From assembly GCA_012295275.1 (NCBI GenBank), contig CM022667.1, positions 15,128,001 to 15,192,000 of the forward strand: a stretch of 64,000 nucleotides of DNA, in the 5' to 3' direction. The notes under the pieces are model-generated. The model was not told the DNA's origin, ran no database searches, and saw only the letters and a list, made by a program, of their open reading frames with translations. How positions within the stretch are numbered: position 1 is the first letter of the stretch; each line of letters opens with the position of its first letter. This DNA is from Chrysomallon squamiferum. Taxonomy: Eukaryota > Animalia > Mollusca. This document shows, piece by piece, positions 12,560 to 25,586 of this stretch. A program made the translations under genes and the position numbers.

Positions 12560-13980
12560 TATCATATTAATATATCGATATCAGTGGCGTATAAAACTGT
12601 ATTACCTTCTGAAGTACATACTATAAAAACAATTAAGGAGAAAAAATCCGTTTGATGGATAACTCTTTCTAAAATGAGTAAATCAAAATAAATGAGATAA
12701 TAAAAGAGTTTATCACCTTCCACGTGTTTTGCATAAACTATTATTTTGTATCTGGTTAAAATATCGATCTACTGAAGTATTTAAAATTGTTAAATTCAGT
12801 GAAGCAGTTTTCTTTGATAGTTTTCTCTTCTCACAAAGAAGAAGTCAAAGTAAATAAGGTAAGACATATTGTCACATATCAGACATTTTGTAAATTTACT
12901 TTGTATTTATGTACTAATATACTGATCTGCTGTAGTAAAAAAAGAAAAAAGAAAAAAGAAAACAAGTTCTGTAAGAGGATTTAGAATTAAAAACAGTTTG
13001 AATCTTTTTGAAATGAAATAAAACCAAATGAGCCAACATATGATGATTACATTTAACACATATTTTTTCTAACAAATGTACTTACATGTTGATATACTGA
13101 TCAGTTGAAATATGTAAAATTATTAAATATCTGACGTAGATGATATAGAATTAAAGAAAAAGTAATAGTGGCTTGATTCCTTATGAAATAGTAAAGCAAA
13201 ATAATTTGCTAGATATTTTATATATTCACTGTACTTAAATGTTAATATGTTAATCGGCCGTAGCAGATCAAATGATTAAAAACTGCTAAAGTACTCGGAG
13301 AAAATTATTAGGATGTCATCGCTTAATTCTCTTTTAAATAATAAATCGGAGAAAATGAGTCAATATACGATCACATTTACTGATTGGACTTACATGTTAG
13401 TATACTGATCGGTTGTAGCATATGAAATTAAATAAAATCTATCTATCTATGTATCTCTCTCTCTCTCTATCTATCTATCTATATATATATATATATATAT
13501 GTTTGTTTTTTGTTTCTTTTTGTATTGTTTATTTATTTTTGTATTATTATTATAATTATTATTATTTTTTTTTATTGTATTTTTTATTATGTATGTGTTT
13601 TTGTAGACAACCATTCTCTGGAACGGAAAATAGTTACTTGCATTTGAGAAGGTTTGATCCTGCCATCCTTGACGCTTCAGACGAGGTGTCTAACCATAGA
13701 GCTACACACCATTAACCCAAATAAATTTATATCAGTTCCTTAAGTAAACTATACCGAATATATGTCTTATGTGTCGATATTGGTTAACTAAAATCATTGC
13801 CATATATATATATAAATATATGGATGGATGGATGGATGTGTGTGTGTATGTCACAAATTAATTTTAAGTTAAAGAGCAAATCTTCAGTAACATTATTTAC
13901 ATATTAATATACTGACATACAGCGGTGACGTATAGAATCATTAAACTTTCTGAATTAGTTAATACAGAATAAGAAAAATA
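12560..13980. repeat. Degenerate ~150-190 bp satellite-like array
   Basis: Core acttacatgtt(a/g)atatactgatc(a/g)gttg recurs in variant form at ~12563, 12755, 12912, 13083, 13235, 13391 and 13898. Confidence 0.6.
13577..13799 (-). repeat. Left arm of ~220-bp inverted duplication containing a tRNA-like/SINE head (13638-13710)
   Basis: Reverse complement of 14517-14740 aligns at roughly 85% identity (estimated by eye). Confidence 0.9.
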
Positions 13981-14083
13981 ATTTAACAAAGAATATTAAT
14001 GGGTTAATCGATTCACTAACAAACATTTCATCTCTTGTTCCATCTTTTTCTACATTAAAAAGGCCATCATCAGATTCTTTAAA

Positions 14084-14141
<58 letters not shown>

Positions 14142-14516
14142 TTTTATTAATTGTTAAGTCTTTGTTAAGTTATATATGAATTTTGATTTTATTATATATA
14201 TATATTAATTGATAATAAAATCAAAATTCATATAATCTGAGATAATTTCGAGAAGAAAAAAAAATTGTTTCAGAAAAATATTAAATTCCTTATTGACATT
14301 TCTATAAGACGAAACGATAACTTTGCATAATTGTTAATATTCTTGTCGAAAATGGCTATACTTCGTATCTGTCGTTTTTTGTTTTTTTATTTTTTATTTT
14401 ATTTTATTTTTTATTTTTTTTCTAACTACTGTTGGTTCATGTAGGTGGCCTATCGAGACTTACAGAGCTAAAATCGATTACAAGGAGAATTGTTACATCT
14501 GTATCCTCAGGGATTA

Positions 14517-14740
14517 CAATGATTTAACTTAACCAACAACGACACATACGACACATATTCCGTATATAACTTAAGGAACTGATATAAATTTATCTGGGTT
14601 AATGGTGTGTAGCTCGATGGTTAGACACCAAGCCTGAAGCGTTGAGGATGGCAGGATCAAATCTTCTCAAATGCCAGCAAGATATTTTGTTTTCCAGTGA
14701 ACAGTTGTCTACAAAAGCACACACATAATACAAAATAATA
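14517..14740 (+). repeat. Right arm of ~220-bp inverted duplication
   Basis: Shares long blocks with 13577-13799 in opposite orientation, e.g. cttaaggaactgatataaatttat and gggttaatggtgtgtagctc. Confidence 0.9.
14604..14676 (+). pseudogene. tRNA-derived sequence (SINE head or tRNA pseudogene)
   Basis: 73 nt long; A-box TAGCTCGATGG (14610-14620), B-box-like GGATCAAATCT (14654-14664), partial acceptor stem GGTGTGT/AAATGCC and loop CTGAAGC; anticodon and T stems are poorly paired, so it is not a functional tRNA. Confidence 0.65.
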
Positions 14741-15031
14741 AAAAAAAAAAAAAATAAAATTTAAAACAAAAAAAAAAATAGAAAAATAGAAAATAGAAAA
14801 ACAAAAAACACAAAAACAAACAAACAAACACAAACTAACAACGACAACAATAAAACAAATCCAAGATATTTGCGATTTTCTATCCATAGTTAGTGTATTT
14901 CTTATTTGTGGAAAAATGAATAAAAAATAAAAAATAAATAAATAAATAAATAAATAAATAAAATAAAATACTTATTTTGTTTTTCATTATTTATTTATTT
15001 ATTTATTTATGTATGTATGTATGGATGTATG

Positions 15032-15108
<77 letters not shown>

Positions 15109-16052
15109 ATTCGCAACTAATACAGATTTTAATAAAACATATTCATATTTTGCTAAATAAATATCAGTTAATTAATTAATTCGTTCATTGACCAGTTCAT
15201 TAATTCAGTATAATTATCTGCTAGGGTTTGTGGGGGAAGAGCTGATGGCATTCCTTTAGACACAGTTGGAGACTTATAGCTGATGTCAATCCAAATAAAG
15301 AGGAAGAAGAAGAAGAAGACGATGATGAAAAAGCTGATGAATGAAAAAACATACATACACACAATACATTCTTATATATATATATATATAAGAAAAACAT
15401 TCATTCATCAAATCTAAAAACACATTTACCGAAGATGAAGAAGAGAACAGGAAGACATAATAAATTTAGTGAAGTAAGAAGAACATTCTCGCCTCAGACC
15501 GGAAGTACGTCACATATCAGAAGTACGTGTACAGCCATTGGAATGTCGTAAAAGGACGCGTGAAAGTGATAACTTTTGTTAATAGCTTCCTCCAAAACCG
15601 TGACTTTGACTAAGTCTAGAGATGTTGTAGTCGTAAATTATGTCAGCATTGCTGCTCACTAGTCAGTGAGAAAAATATCGATTTCGTTTCGGTGGCATGA
15701 AGAGACTAACAGCTGTCAATTTTGCACGTACTGCGGGGTTTTACTAAATTACGGAACGTACTGAATATACGGTTTTAATTTTTAATTCATTTTTTTTGTT
15801 TTACCTGATCTTTGTTCTTGCTGCGTCAGACTGTTAGACAGATGTCTTTTTTTTTTCATATTTTTTTTTGTTTTTAAATGGGTTTTTTACAGGTAATTAA
15901 TGGCAAAAATGTCTGCCGTACTTTAACTTTTTTCGTCGAGAAAGATCATTATGGAAAGGTTTTGGTCGTGTTTAAAGACGAAAAAAAAAAAAAAAAAAGA
16001 ACAAAAAAAGAAGATTTTTTAAATTTATTTTTTAATGATCTTTGTGTCTCTT

Positions 16053-16092
<40 letters not shown>

Positions 16093-16318
16093 ATATATTT
16101 TTAACCTGAATTTATTTTCAGCTGATCGAGTATTGTTAAATTCTTTTCAGTACACATGTACTCGGGTGCACAAAGAGAAAAAGTCTGTAATATGTTTGAG
16201 AGGTGAAGAAGGCAATAAAAGAGCGAGGATGAAATAAATAAAAGGCAGACAGAACGAAACACTGAACAAGAGACGGCATCTGAGAAAGAGTTACATATAG
16301 AAACAAAAACAGAGACAA

Positions 16319-16394
<76 letters not shown>

Positions 16395-16428
16395 CAGTCA
16401 TAGAAAGACAGCAATAGATAGAAAGAGC

Positions 16429-16520
<92 letters not shown>

Positions 16521-17177
16521 AAGAGGACAGTCAGAGACAGACAGAGATGTGGGTCTATGAGATGTTTGAATACATGCAAGTATATGAAGAGTACATACAT
16601 ACGTCTGAATTGATTTTCTTTTTCTTTAAATACTTTAGACACTGGCCCCGGCAGTGATACAGAAATCAAACATATTTCATTAAATTACGTTACCACGTTT
16701 ATGTCAACACTCACCAGCCTCTGAAACTATTTAATGTCTTGTGGCGGTACGAAACAAGGAGTTCATCTCGCATCTCGACAGCGTTCATAACCGTGAAAAC
16801 TGCTTCAGGCGACAGAGAAATTTGAATCGTTTATTGGTTCGGGTTTATTTCTGAAGCGCTCGTGGCGAAAACTGTAAATTTAATCACCGAAGTCTAACAG
16901 AGTCGTCTTTGATAAAAGCGTATGTTTCTGAGCGAAATACTCAGCGCGTACAAATCTCTTTTATTTTCAACCGATGTCGCTTTCAGCCATTGTCTGATTG
17001 CATTAGCGCGAAAGTGTGGAGCTCTGAAGTGCATGGTGGAATTTTGATTTAAAAATCAATATATATATTTATATACATTTATGTAGATATATGTGCGTGC
17101 ATCACGTAGGGTTTAACATAGCTCGGCGTAATTAATTTTCTTTTTTGTATATATATATATATATATAGACATATATA

Positions 17178-17410
17178 CAGGGTGGCCCAAAAGTAGGTTT
17201 ACAGTTATTAAACTATCGTTTATATGCCTGAAGTTACTTGCACTGTGTGTCAGAACGTCCCGGGAAGGTTTGAAGAATGTTGCAATGTTGAAGGAGGACA
17301 TTTTTAGCACCTGAGAGATTAAACATTTTCTGTTTAATGCTTGAAACATGCTTATATTTTAAAATAAATTGCCTACATAATAACTGTAAACCTACTTTTG
17401 GACCACCCTG
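17178..17410. mobile_element. Tc1/mariner-type MITE, 233 bp
   Basis: 33-bp TIRs CAGGGTGG(C/T)CCAAAAGTAGGTTTACAGTTATTA with one mismatch, flanked by TA on both sides, inserted in a (TA)n tract. Confidence 0.92.
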
Positions 17411-17449
<39 letters not shown>

Positions 17450-18865
17450 ATAACACAAAATACAATAACAACAATAATAATAACAATAGTCGTAGTAATA
17501 TCAACAGTAGTGATAGCAGTAGAACAGTAATGGTAGTTCTAGTACTACAGCTGCTACTAATACTATTTATTACAGTAGTAGTAGTAATAATAGTAGTAGT
17601 AGTAGTAGTAGTAGTACAAGCGGCAGCAGCATCCACAGCAGCAGCAATGCTGTACAATAATTTTAATTACTTGCAAGAGACGTGTTTAATGAATTCTCTT
17701 ATTCAAAATAACGATATATCAGCTTAATTTTACACCGCATTGATGAAAGTTGATGCGGCAAAAATGTTCGTTTTCATACGAATTTATTCTGGAATTGCTG
17801 CTCATTGATTCCTTTAAGCCTTATTAACGAAAAACTTCAGCAAAGTCTTCGAGTGTAAAAACCAATTAACAAACCACCCTTCAGCGAAAACGTACGAAGG
17901 ACGGAGCCAATTTTCGTCGGAATAACGAGGACCTCCGAAAATTATGCTATTGGCGAATATTACCGACCGATCAATTCGCAATGGCCCGGATTATGTATCT
18001 ATTTACGGATATGAATCAAAATTAGAGAATAATCTGTTAATAATTCTGTAAGTTAAATAAATGTTTGCTCTCGTAAAGTGAGCTTTAATAAAAAATGATT
18101 TCTTGAAACACATTTACTAAAGATGAAGAACAGAACAAGAAGAAACAATAAATTTAGTGATATAAGAAAATGTATAACGTCAGATTGAAATTTGTTGTCT
18201 TTGTGTATTTTATTACAGAAACATATAATAAATTTCCCCTCTGAACGGAATATCGCAGACTTGAGTTCCGCCCGATACATTTATTCTTACGGTTATCAAT
18301 CATTATTTATATACTGTGATAGTCTTTTCTCAGGAGAAATTTATTCAGAAAGGATTGGAACTGAAACAACGAACATTTGTTTCGCTTCTTTGTTAAAATG
18401 AAAATATATAAGGATAAAGTGAATTAAGACCCCCGACGGGTTGTTGTTACATCATTAACAGCACGAAATACAGTATACGTGAATCTTAACTAACCATGAC
18501 CTTTCGTGTGTCATGCAAGGGTACAGTCTGAAATGAGAAATAATCAAAACGGACAGTTTGTTTGACCCACTAAGCCAGCGATTTAACTGTTCAGATTCAG
18601 CTCGCTTCAACATCTTGCCAGCGAATATCGGCCCAGAAACCGAGCAGTTATAAATATTCAATAAACGCTGTGAAAATGTTGAATGTCACTGTATGGTTTT
18701 GTCATACCAAAGTCGTTATTTCAATTGATGGCTCCCGTAAAAAATAGGCTGAAGTCTGGTTTGATATATTAAAAATATAAACATAAATAATGATAATGAT
18801 GATGATGATGATGATGATAATAATAATAATACTAATAATAATAATATTAATAATAATAATAATAA

Positions 18866-18896
<31 letters not shown>

Positions 18897-19652
18897 AAGA
18901 AGAAGCAGAATAGTAGTAGTAGTATAGTAATAACAACAACACTGCGTTTATATCCACACTCACAAACCTCAAATGAAAAATAAGCAAACAATAAATAAAT
19001 AAATAAATAAGAACTAATATATATATATATAATAAAATAACAACAGCAGCAACAGCAACAACAATAAATATATCAAAGAGCGAGATATAAAAGTGCTCTC
19101 CCGAAACGCAGTACGTCATAGGTTCAGTCTCCATCAGTTCGTCTAAGATCATATTTCCCATTACAACTAGTAACACGAAACCGTAGCTCGCGTTAGTGAA
19201 ATGAATATGTGAACTACACATTTTTGTCGCTAATTGGTAACATTACACGATATTACTTCAGCGGCATTTTATTTCTTCTAATGATCGATTGATCAAGACT
19301 AACAGCTAAGAGTTTATATCATCAACATTATAAATGGGGATGCTTGGGTCGAATCCGACAATTGGTTCTTTTTCAGCGATGATTTATGAAGTTTAAGACT
19401 ATTACTTAATTCTTTACTGTGTAGCAAATAGTTTATCACACCAAGTCTGAACACAGAATCGAATTTGATAACCGTCACAGCATACATATATAAATATTTC
19501 GAAATAATGACGATAATGATTGTACAAATTTTAAAAAAAATCTAAATAAATATTTAACTACTACTACATCTTCTACTATTATTACTATTAACACTAACAC
19601 TACTACAACTACTACTACTACTACTACTACTAATAATAATAATATGATAATG

Positions 19653-19719
<67 letters not shown>

Positions 19720-20304
19720 CAACAACAACAATCATATGAGGAATCAGATACAAAAATTAATCCCTTTTTTAATCCCGGTCATTAATTCAAGTGACAAAAC
19801 AATAGAAATAACATCACTCGCTCACTCGCTAGAACTTAAGACTTCATCCGAAGTCTCAATTATAAAACCTTTCCTGCGTAATCCATCACAGCTTCCTTGA
19901 CTGTCGTTTGGCGGGGAGTAAAATATAGCTCTGACTGTTAATAGTTTATGAGCAACAGTCTGAGATTTGGGGTCAAACCAGTAAGTAAAGACAATCGCTT
20001 GCTGTTTTGTAAGTATGTGATTATAATTCGAAAACCAACATTCGTTATTCCGTCTGGCTGCAAGCAGTAGCCGCAGACGTTAATTTAAGTCATTTATTTC
20101 CTCGCTTTAAATTGTTCATTTGTTCATTTTGATTTTATGAAGTACCCTCCAAGGACTTCTGTGGTTGTTGTCGCAATTAGTTTTGGTCTTGTTGTTGCTG
20201 TTGTTGTTGTTGTTCTTTTTCTTATTATTCGACTTTTTCTTCTCCTCCTCCACCACGTTCTTTTTTTTCTTCTTCTTCTTCTTCTTCTTCTTCTTCTTCT
20301 TCTT

Positions 20305-20335
<31 letters not shown>

Positions 20336-20578
20336 TTATTATTATTATTTTTCTGAAATGGTTCGTTATGGAGGTGTAAGAAAGCTAGTATGGGATTCTG
20401 TACTGCGTGGTACAAAACAATGGAGAAAAAAAAAATTCTTAGAAAAGAATAATCTTTTATTTTGTGCATATTGCCTGATAACTAACAACAACAACATCAT
20501 CATCATCACCACCACCACCACCACCACCACCCCACCAGCAACAACAACAACATAAACAACAACGACAACAACAACAAC

Positions 20579-20617
<39 letters not shown>

Positions 20618-23600
20618 TTTTCCAATTATTGAATGACAATACCTGCTGAAAAGTTATGATGCATATGCGAAGTTGATGCCGACGATGATGGCATGACAAT
20701 AGTGACGACGGTGATGATGGAAGTTATAACGAAAGTTATGAAGATGCTGACAGCAAAAGTTTCCAAGTTGAAGTTGAAGGAAGTGACGATGATGATGATG
20801 ATGATGATGGTTACGATGATGATTATGTTTATGCAAAAACGCTAATGAAATCGTGTTTCCTGGATGATAATGATGATATTAAATGTTGTCGATTATATAA
20901 AGTTCTTATTAGTTTCAATGTCGAAACTAAAGGAAATAATGAAATAACGTCTACATGTCTATTCTCGGGATAAAATTTAATATTTCACATTTCTGAGACA
21001 ATCTGAAATTCTAATTCTCCTCCTGTTAAATTTGCATCAAAATTATATTCTTGTGACGATGACAATGATGCGATTGTGATGATGACGCTGAAGACGTGAT
21101 GACCATTATTCCTGTATTAATGGTAATAAGACAATATTTTACTCACAAAGTCATATAACATTTTAATTCTGTTATATTAAATTCGTATTCTAGTCTGGAA
21201 CCATGGTAACCAGACATCTCGTATATCACAGACAATAGCCAGAGATAGTTACAACAATTTTGTTTTATATTACTGTTTCGATGATGATGGTGAATGTAAT
21301 GAAGATGATGATGTTGATGATGATGATTATTATTACTATTATTATTATTATTATTGTTGTTGTTGTTGTTGTTGTTTTTGTTGTTGTTGTTGTTATATTT
21401 AGCAAACGAAAATGACGGGCAATGCTCTATAGTCTTCATAAAGCATCAACAGTTATTTCGTGTATTACGTAAATCATCAAAATGGTTGAAAAGAGAAGGA
21501 TTGAAGAAAAACAGAAACAGGATGGAAATGAAGTGGAGAGAAGAAGCACAGAAAGAAAACACTCACATGCAGATACATAATAGACGGAAAGAGTCGAAGA
21601 CTGAAGAAGAATCACGTAGAGAGAAACACTCAGAGAAGCTCAGAGGCAAGAAGCGTTTGGACCAAGAATCTGCTAAATTAAAATAAAATAAAGTAAAAGA
21701 TACAGAAACAGATAGCAAGATCATAATTTAACGAACATGACATTTCTCTTCTTTTTTTTTCTTTTTTAGTACGTTTTTCTTTGCATAATTATGCTATCAG
21801 ATTCTGTACTTCTGTAATTAGGTTAGGTTTACAGGCATCTTTGCACATAAACACGTTCAGAACAAATATTTTAGAAAGCTTCTTCGGGAAAAAAATTATC
21901 TGAAACGGTATAGAATGAGCTTAATTTTATAAATTAGTAGAATAAAAAAAAAAAAAGAAAGAAAGAAAGAAAAGGAAAAGAAAAAGGATATGAGAAACAA
22001 GAACGGAATGTTTAATTCCAATATTTGCGTAAGCTCACACAAGAGTTCGAAGCAGTAACTTTAAAATACTCATTGACCTAAGCCCCAGTAACTCAAATCC
22101 GATCACGGCCAATATCGTTATTACCACTAATGATTTTCCATATAGTTCGCTCTGGCACTTGAACTCAAATTTGAGCTTTTATCAAGTAGCGTACCGCTCA
22201 CAGACTTAAACCTCGGGAGCAAGAGAAATTCAATAATTCGGCTTGATACGAAACGAAATGAAAGTCTCTCTCTCGAGTGCCCGTGGATCAAATGTCGTTG
22301 CTGCCCGCTCGGCCACTTGGATAATTGTTTGCGCTGTCTCCTAACGAGGCTTAAAGAGTGTCTCGGAGTTTGTCCATTAAGAATTCTTTAAAAGGGTTTA
22401 TGCCGGGAAGTCACATTTGCGCCATCAAAGTGCTCGACTTCGCGAACTCATTTCATTTCCCTCCGCCACCGCCATCTTGAGTTGGGTCCCGTCAAGCGAG
22501 AATTTGCAATCTATGAAATAACCTTGTAATACGATTAAACTGCTTCAGAATCAACCGTTTTCCCACCTCCCAGTAGTCACTGTTCACACCCAACCACAGA
22601 TATACGTGCGTTAGTTCAGACACGTAAGGTAAAACGTCTTTAGAACCATTATCGATATTGGTAAAAATTTCATTTTCCGACGCGTGCCGTTAAACTCAGT
22701 AAATATATTTGGCGAGTGCAATTACGGTCTATCAGCCTGGGCAATTTACGAGCGAGTCGGAAACTAATCCAGGCTAATGTCACTTCTCCGTGCATGAATG
22801 ACTGCAAATTATTATGGCACCTAAATGATATATAATCTGATTTCGTATTGGTCTGTACGGTGAGCGGATAGTGTAATAAAGTCTTTGACTTGCATCGACT
22901 GTTCGTTTCAGATTTCGTTTGGCCGAGGAATGCTCGCTCGACGCAGTAAATATCGAAATTACATGAAACAAAATTAAATAAAACAGTCTGCAACTGCGGT
23001 TAATGCAGATGTTACTGGCACTGCCGCCGCCGCCGTAGCAGATGCTAGATACATTTAATTGTCTTTTTAAAAATTCAGTAGAACAAATGATCCCTTACAG
23101 TTTCAAATGTCAGTGCTGTTCCTTGTAATAATGTCACTCTTTACTGTTAGTGTGACGGCAGAAAGCATTACTACTACATACACTACTATCAATACTGTTA
23201 ATACTGTTGCCCTGTTACCACTACTACTACTATTATTAATACTACTAGTACTACTACTACTACTACTACTAGTATAACTACTAGTACGTCTACCATTACT
23301 GCTTCTACTGTCCTACTATAATACCAGCAGCTGCTACTTCTCATACTATTAATATTACTGCTACTACTGCTATTGCTAATATTATTACTACTACTACTAT
23401 CACTATTACTATTACAAAGAATGCGCATGTTAAGAACAGGTTCCGATTTACTGAAGTTTATGTAAGTCGGAACAGCCTCCATAATTATACGTATAAGCAA
23501 AGATTACTGGAAATTTGTAAATTTACTAGAATAGTTTAGAATACATTATTGATTCATCAGCGCTAGCCTGTAGTATAATAACTATACTGTACAGTGAGAA

Positions 23601-25341
23601 ACAACGTGAGAAATATGTAGAGCAGTATTATATAATTAACAAAGAGGTTGTGTACATTACATCATTAATATCAGTATAAGTTGCTCGAAACCCTTGAGTA
23701 GCTTAAAATATATCATATTAAAAATTCACAATTTGCCAAACAATATGAAGTTCGATTTTTAAAACAGACTAGTTATATCAACGTGAACAAGAAAGTAACC
23801 GAAATCTTTTTAATTTTTTAATTTTTTAAAATTTTTTATCATTATCACCGTTATCGTTGTTATCATCATAATAATAATCCTTATCTTTTTCTTCTTCTTT
23901 TCATTCGTTTTTTTTTTTTTTTTGGTTTGTTTCTTTTGTTACCATGAAAAGCAATGCAGCCACTGTATACAGTCAAACTGAGACAAGTGGACATGCTTTA
24001 ACCCGATTGTCTAAATGTAATATTTCTCACTGCGGAAGGGCGTCTGATTACGCTCCAACGGCCACAACGTCTTGGATTAGTCTTTGCCAAATACTTCAGT
24101 CTCGGAGGCGCTCGCCAATTTGTCTTGCAAAGCATCGAGAGAGACTTTGGACTAACCTAATGCGCACTTTTGAGAAGCGAGGCATCGTCCTAACAAATCA
24201 CTCCCTCTCCCCCAGGGCTTACAATTCACATATTGCGCGAACTCGTTGTCTTAAAGCTGACCTTTGACTCTCTGGTGGATGGTGAATTGCTAAGACTTCG
24301 ATCTGAAATACGTGTGTATGTGGACAACGATATTTTTCTCTATTGAATGTTTTTATTATGATTTAAAGCTCACTGATGTATGCAGACTTGAATAACAGTT
24401 ACTATGTATAATGCACTCATTCTTTCCGAATGCATGATAGAGTTTTACACAAACAAACACATACATATACCCACACCGGCATACACACACACACACACAC
24501 AGATAGGGGACGCATACGCGCACTCACATCTACAATACTATAATATGTTTTTTGATTCTGCTGATAGTAATAATATTAACCACTAATGTTACCACCATCG
24601 CTACTATTACTACTGTATTACAACTATTACTACTATTAGTAAAATATTATTTTTATTACAACAACAAATATTACTATTACTATTAATAATAATCAGTCAC
24701 TACTACCACCACCACCATAACAACAACATCAACATCATTTATTACTGCTATTACTACTATTAGTAGAACCATTATTTTATTACTACAACTATTACTTCAA
24801 CAACAAATGCTACTACTACTATTACTGCTACTGCTACCACAATCACTAATAAAAATAATAATAATGAGTCAATGTTATAACAAAAGAAAGCAAATCCTCA
24901 AAATGAAGTTACCAACAAAAATAACGTGAGCTTTGAGATTACTACTTCTATTACTGCTACTACTACTACTGCTGCTACTACTACTACTATTATTACTACT
25001 ACTACAGATCTGAAATTCACAAAAGACGACATTACCTTTTTTGATGTATTAATATCATCTTGTTTCCTCCGGCAATGTGTAACCCAAACAATCAAGTTTC
25101 AGAAATACATGTATACCACTGATGACGTCAAACAATTGTTGACGTCATGTCTTTGTTGCCGTCCGTGTGTTGTTGACATGCCGTTATCGCTTTTGTGTGG
25201 AATAGCAAATCCATCACGTGAATTTAATGAAAACGGTGTATTAAATATTTCACATGAAAATAAGGATTAATAAGTAAAACATAGCGAAGCATCATTTCTC
25301 TACGGATTTATCCGGGTTAGTGATTATTATTATTGTTATTT

Positions 25342-25372
<31 letters not shown>

Positions 25373-25534
25373 ATTTATTTTTTATTGTTGTTATTTTGGT
25401 TTGTTGTTGTTGTCGCCCTGTGATGACATTACAATTAACATCAATGTTGATAAATTAATTTATTTATTTAACATTAAAACTACAGGTAAAGAAAAATACT
25501 ACTGTGATTAATTAATCTATTTTATTATTATTAA

Positions 25535-25586
<52 letters not shown>

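Noticed and set aside
12560-13420. CRISPR-like repeat-spacer array
   Set aside because: Repeats are degenerate, spacing is 150-190 bp, spacers are partly related, no cas genes are present, and the context is eukaryotic
14604-14676. Functional tRNA-Phe(GAA) gene
   Set aside because: The anticodon and T stems do not pair and TTC is replaced by ATC; treated as a tRNA-derived relic
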